Assembly: GCA_963753435.1 (NCBI GenBank)
Contig: CAVWCF010000001.1
Span: forward strand, 1,376,001 to 1,440,000
Origin: an uncultured Actinomycetota bacterium
GTDB lineage: Bacteria; Actinomycetota; Actinomycetes; CAVWCF01
Direction: 5' to 3'
DNA: 64,000 nt
Shown here piece by piece: positions 61,508-64,000 of this stretch. A program made the translations under genes and the position numbers. Position 1 is the first letter of the stretch. Every line of letters starts with the position of its first letter. The notes under the pieces were generated by a model. It did no database searches, was not told where the DNA came from, and was given only the letters and a program-made list of their open reading frames with translations.

Positions 61508-63522
61508 TGCGGCGCTTCCGCTGCTCGTTTACGGGCCCGCAGGAAGATGCGGACGACGGTGATGACGAACAGGGCCGCCAGAACGGCCGCGACCGCCCAC
61601 CCGGCGACCTGGCCGAGCGCCTGGATGCGCACGTCGAAAGACTCGCCGGGACCGTACGGGTCGCCACCGGTCGTGACGAGTTGGGCGTCCACCCGGACCA
61701 CCCCGCTAGCGGCCGCGTCGGCGCCGAGTTCCACGCTGACCCGGCGCCCGGCCGGAACGGTCACCGAGCCCGGGTCGGTCAACTGCAGTCGGACCGACGG
61801 GGTGGCGCGTGCGGCCACCTGAACCGTGACCGGCTGGGGCAGGTCGTTGGCGATGGTCAGCGGGATGGTGCCGGATTGGCCGGTCAACGTGACCGACTCC
61901 CGCGGCACCAGCCACAGGCCGGCCGCGGTCTCGGTGGCCTGCCTGACGATGAGTTCGGAGTACTGCGCACCGCTGTTCGGGTCCTCGCGCCAGGCGGTCG
62001 AGGTCGAACGCAGCACGGCGTCCGAAATCGGCTGCACCACCGTCAGGGGGTCGGTCAGCACCTGGGTCAGGCCGGCGCCGGCGGCGCTGGCCGGGTCGGC
62101 GGATGCGACCTGCTCGGCGGAGATCGCGCCGTCGCTGAAGCTGAAGTCGGCCCGAGCGGCGTCGTCCGGCGGCAGGGTCTGCAGTTCGTCCAGGCTGCTG
62201 CTGCGGATCCAAGGCGCGGTGGAGAGGTCACTGAGCAAGCCCGAGGCCAAGCCCGCAGCGGGATCCCAACGTCTTGGCGGGGCCAGGACCTGGGGACGGG
62301 GATCAGAGGTCCGTTCCAGCGCGATCAGGTAGAGGTACGCCGCGACCTGTTGGCGGATGGTCACGACGGCGCCGGGTTCGAAGGAGTTGCGGCCCAGGAT
62401 TTCGGTCACGGTGTCATCCGCCAGCGTCGCCAGGCCGCCACCGGCCGTCGCGGGCAATTGCACGGTCGCCGGTCCGGCGGCGACGCCAAGGCTGCGCCGT
62501 GGGTACTGCGAGACCGGCAGGACGGACAGGTCCTGTCCCAGCACGTCCAGTTGGGCCAGGGTCGCCTGATCGGCGCCACCGTCGGGCCAGGCGACCGCTG
62601 TTCCGGCGGCAACCCCGAAGCCGGCCGCGACCGCGCGGCCGCGGTCCAGCGCGGCGGCGATGTCCTCGACCCGGTTGTCGCGGGTCAGCGCCACAACGTC
62701 GACGTCAGCCAGCGGCAGCAGATGCACCGCCGCGTTCTCGTCGCTGAGCGCGGCCACTGCGCGCGTAAGCCAGTCCTCGGCGCCGAGAGCGGCCGCGGAC
62801 TGGAACAGATCGGGGTCGACGAACCAGTCCACCGGGTTGTCCGCTCCGACTTGCAGCAGTTGGTCCAGCCGACCGCCGGGTCGCAGTTGTTCGGCGAGGT
62901 CGTCGTCGGTGAGGTCTCCGTTCGCGTCCAGGTCGGGGCGATCCGCCAGCGGCCAGACGACGGCGAGCGGGGTGGGCTCGGCCACTGCCCCCGGGCTCCA
63001 GTAGTTGAGGATCAGGGTCTGAAAGTCCAGTCGACTGCGGGGTGCGTCATCCGGGGTGGCTCGTACCTCGACGGCGCCGACGTAGACACCTGCGGCCGCG
63101 GCGGGCAAGGAGTCAACCGGCAGATCCACGGTGAACGGTGCGCTGGCGCCGGAGCTCAGGTTGTCGGCCACCTGGAGTACGCCGTTGGGTACCAGGGGAC
63201 CAGCCCGCTGGACGCTCGGCTCGGCGGTGACGGCGGCCAGGTCGGCGCGACCGCGTAGGCGTTGTGCGGACATGCGCACTTGAACGACGACGTTGGACAG
63301 GCCCACCGCACCAGCCGTGACCGTGCCGCGGATAGTCAATTGACCGCCGGCCGTCATCGTGACCGGGGTGACCTCATCGACCGCGATCGACGCCTCATCG
63401 GCTGCAGCTGCCCGCTCGGGGGCGACGATCGGTGCGGCGGCGAGGACCACCAGCGCGAACACGAGAACGACACCGGCGCGCGCCCGTCCTCGGCTCGGGT
63501 TGCGCGCCGCCGGGTTGATCAC
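61504..63522 (-). CDS. DUF6049-like secreted / membrane-anchored protein
   Basis: Signal peptide, VVWPLAD, LPLADVD, IPLTIANDL, C-terminal TM; between cca and murJ; start approximate. Confidence 0.78.
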   Translation of the reverse strand: MINPAARNPSRGRARAGVVLVFALVVLAAAPIVAPERAAAADEASIAVDEVTPVTMTAGGQLTIRGTVTAGAVGLSNVVVQVRMSAQRLRGRADLAAVTAEPSVQRAGPLVPNGVLQVADNLSSGASAPFTVDLPVDSLPAAAAGVYVGAVEVRATPDDAPRSRLDFQTLILNYWSPGAVAEPTPLAVVWPLADRPDLDANGDLTDDDLAEQLRPGGRLDQLLQVGADNPVDWFVDPDLFQSAAALGAEDWLTRAVAALSDENAAVHLLPLADVDVVALTRDNRVEDIAAALDRGRAVAAGFGVAAGTAVAWPDGGADQATLAQLDVLGQDLSVLPVSQYPRRSLGVAAGPATVQLPATAGGGLATLADDTVTEILGRNSFEPGAVVTIRQQVAAYLYLIALERTSDPRPQVLAPPRRWDPAAGLASGLLSDLSTAPWIRSSSLDELQTLPPDDAARADFSFSDGAISAEQVASADPASAAGAGLTQVLTDPLTVVQPISDAVLRSTSTAWREDPNSGAQYSELIVRQATETAAGLWLVPRESVTLTGQSGTIPLTIANDLPQPVTVQVAARATPSVRLQLTDPGSVTVPAGRRVSVELGADAAASGVVRVDAQLVTTGGDPYGPGESFDVRIQALGQVAGWAVAAVLAALFVITVVRIFLRARKRAAEAPQ

Positions 63523-63571
63523 CACTGGATGGTAGGTGCGCGGCACGGGCCCATGCGTACGCTGTCGGCTC

Positions 63572-64000
63572 GTGCCGGAGGATCCAGACGCTGGTGCCCG
63601 TCGGGCAGCCGCTGCTTTGATCCGCGTTCCGAGTGTCGTCTCGGAGTTGGCCGAGCGCTTCGTGGGAACGGGCCAGGAGATCAGCCTGGTCGGTGGCACC
63701 GTGCGTGACGCCTTGATGGGTCGGCCGGCTGAGGACCTGGACCTGACGACGAGTGCTCGCCCGGAGACCATTGCCCAACTGCTGGCGGGCTGGGCGGACA
63801 ACGTTTGGCAGACCGGGATCGAATTCGGCACGTTGGGTGCCCGCAAAGACGGCTACACGTTCGAGATAACCACCTACCGCAGCGAGAACTACGACCCGGA
63901 CTCGCGCAAGCCGCAGGTGCAGTTCGGGGACTCCCTCGTCGGGGACCTGCGCCGGCGCGACTTCACCGTCAACGCGATGGCGCTGCGACTGCCGCAGCCG
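63572..64000 (+). CDS. cca: CCA tRNA nucleotidyltransferase, 5' part (runs off the window)
   Basis: Manual translation: LVGGTVRDALMGR..DLDLTT...EITTYR...DLRRRDFTVNAMA. Confidence 0.92.
   Translation, partial: MPEDPDAGARRAAAALIRVPSVVSELAERFVGTGQEISLVGGTVRDALMGRPAEDLDLTTSARPETIAQLLAGWADNVWQTGIEFGTLGARKDGYTFEITTYRSENYDPDSRKPQVQFGDSLVGDLRRRDFTVNAMALRLPQP

Overview
High-GC actinobacterial (Actinomycetia) chromosome segment spanning the replication origin. From about 19 kb to 64 kb it is mostly the conserved oriC-proximal backbone: fhaA-fhaB-pstP-rodA-pbpA-pknB, trpG/pabA, sortase E, DUF881, crgA, rhomboid, ppiA, tRNA-Ala and tRNA-Ile, gyrAB, recF, dnaN, oriC, dnaA, rpmH-rnpA-yidD-yidC-jag-rsmG-parAB with parS sites, ddl, cwlM, trxAB, sigM and its anti-sigma, murJ, DUF6049 and the CCA enzyme. 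The left end carries serS-pheA and pentose-phosphate genes. Between about 7.4 kb and the tRNA-Leu at 18.9 kb is an accessory stretch: secreted proteins, a frameshifted Fpg/Nei gene, GntR with a His-rich membrane protein, an FG-GAP propeller, a DUF222-HNH element and an SQR-TusE/DsrC-DsrE sulfur-relay operon with a CsoR/CstR-type operator. The best candidates for something new are that sulfur-relay module, a C-rich-loop (6C-like) structured RNA near 1.6 kb, small membrane ORFs missed by the ORF track, DnaA-box clusters outside oriC, and an NlpC/P60 plus pilin-like insertion between murJ and its pseudokinase partner. All calls come from reading the sequence and recalling family motifs; no database search was run.
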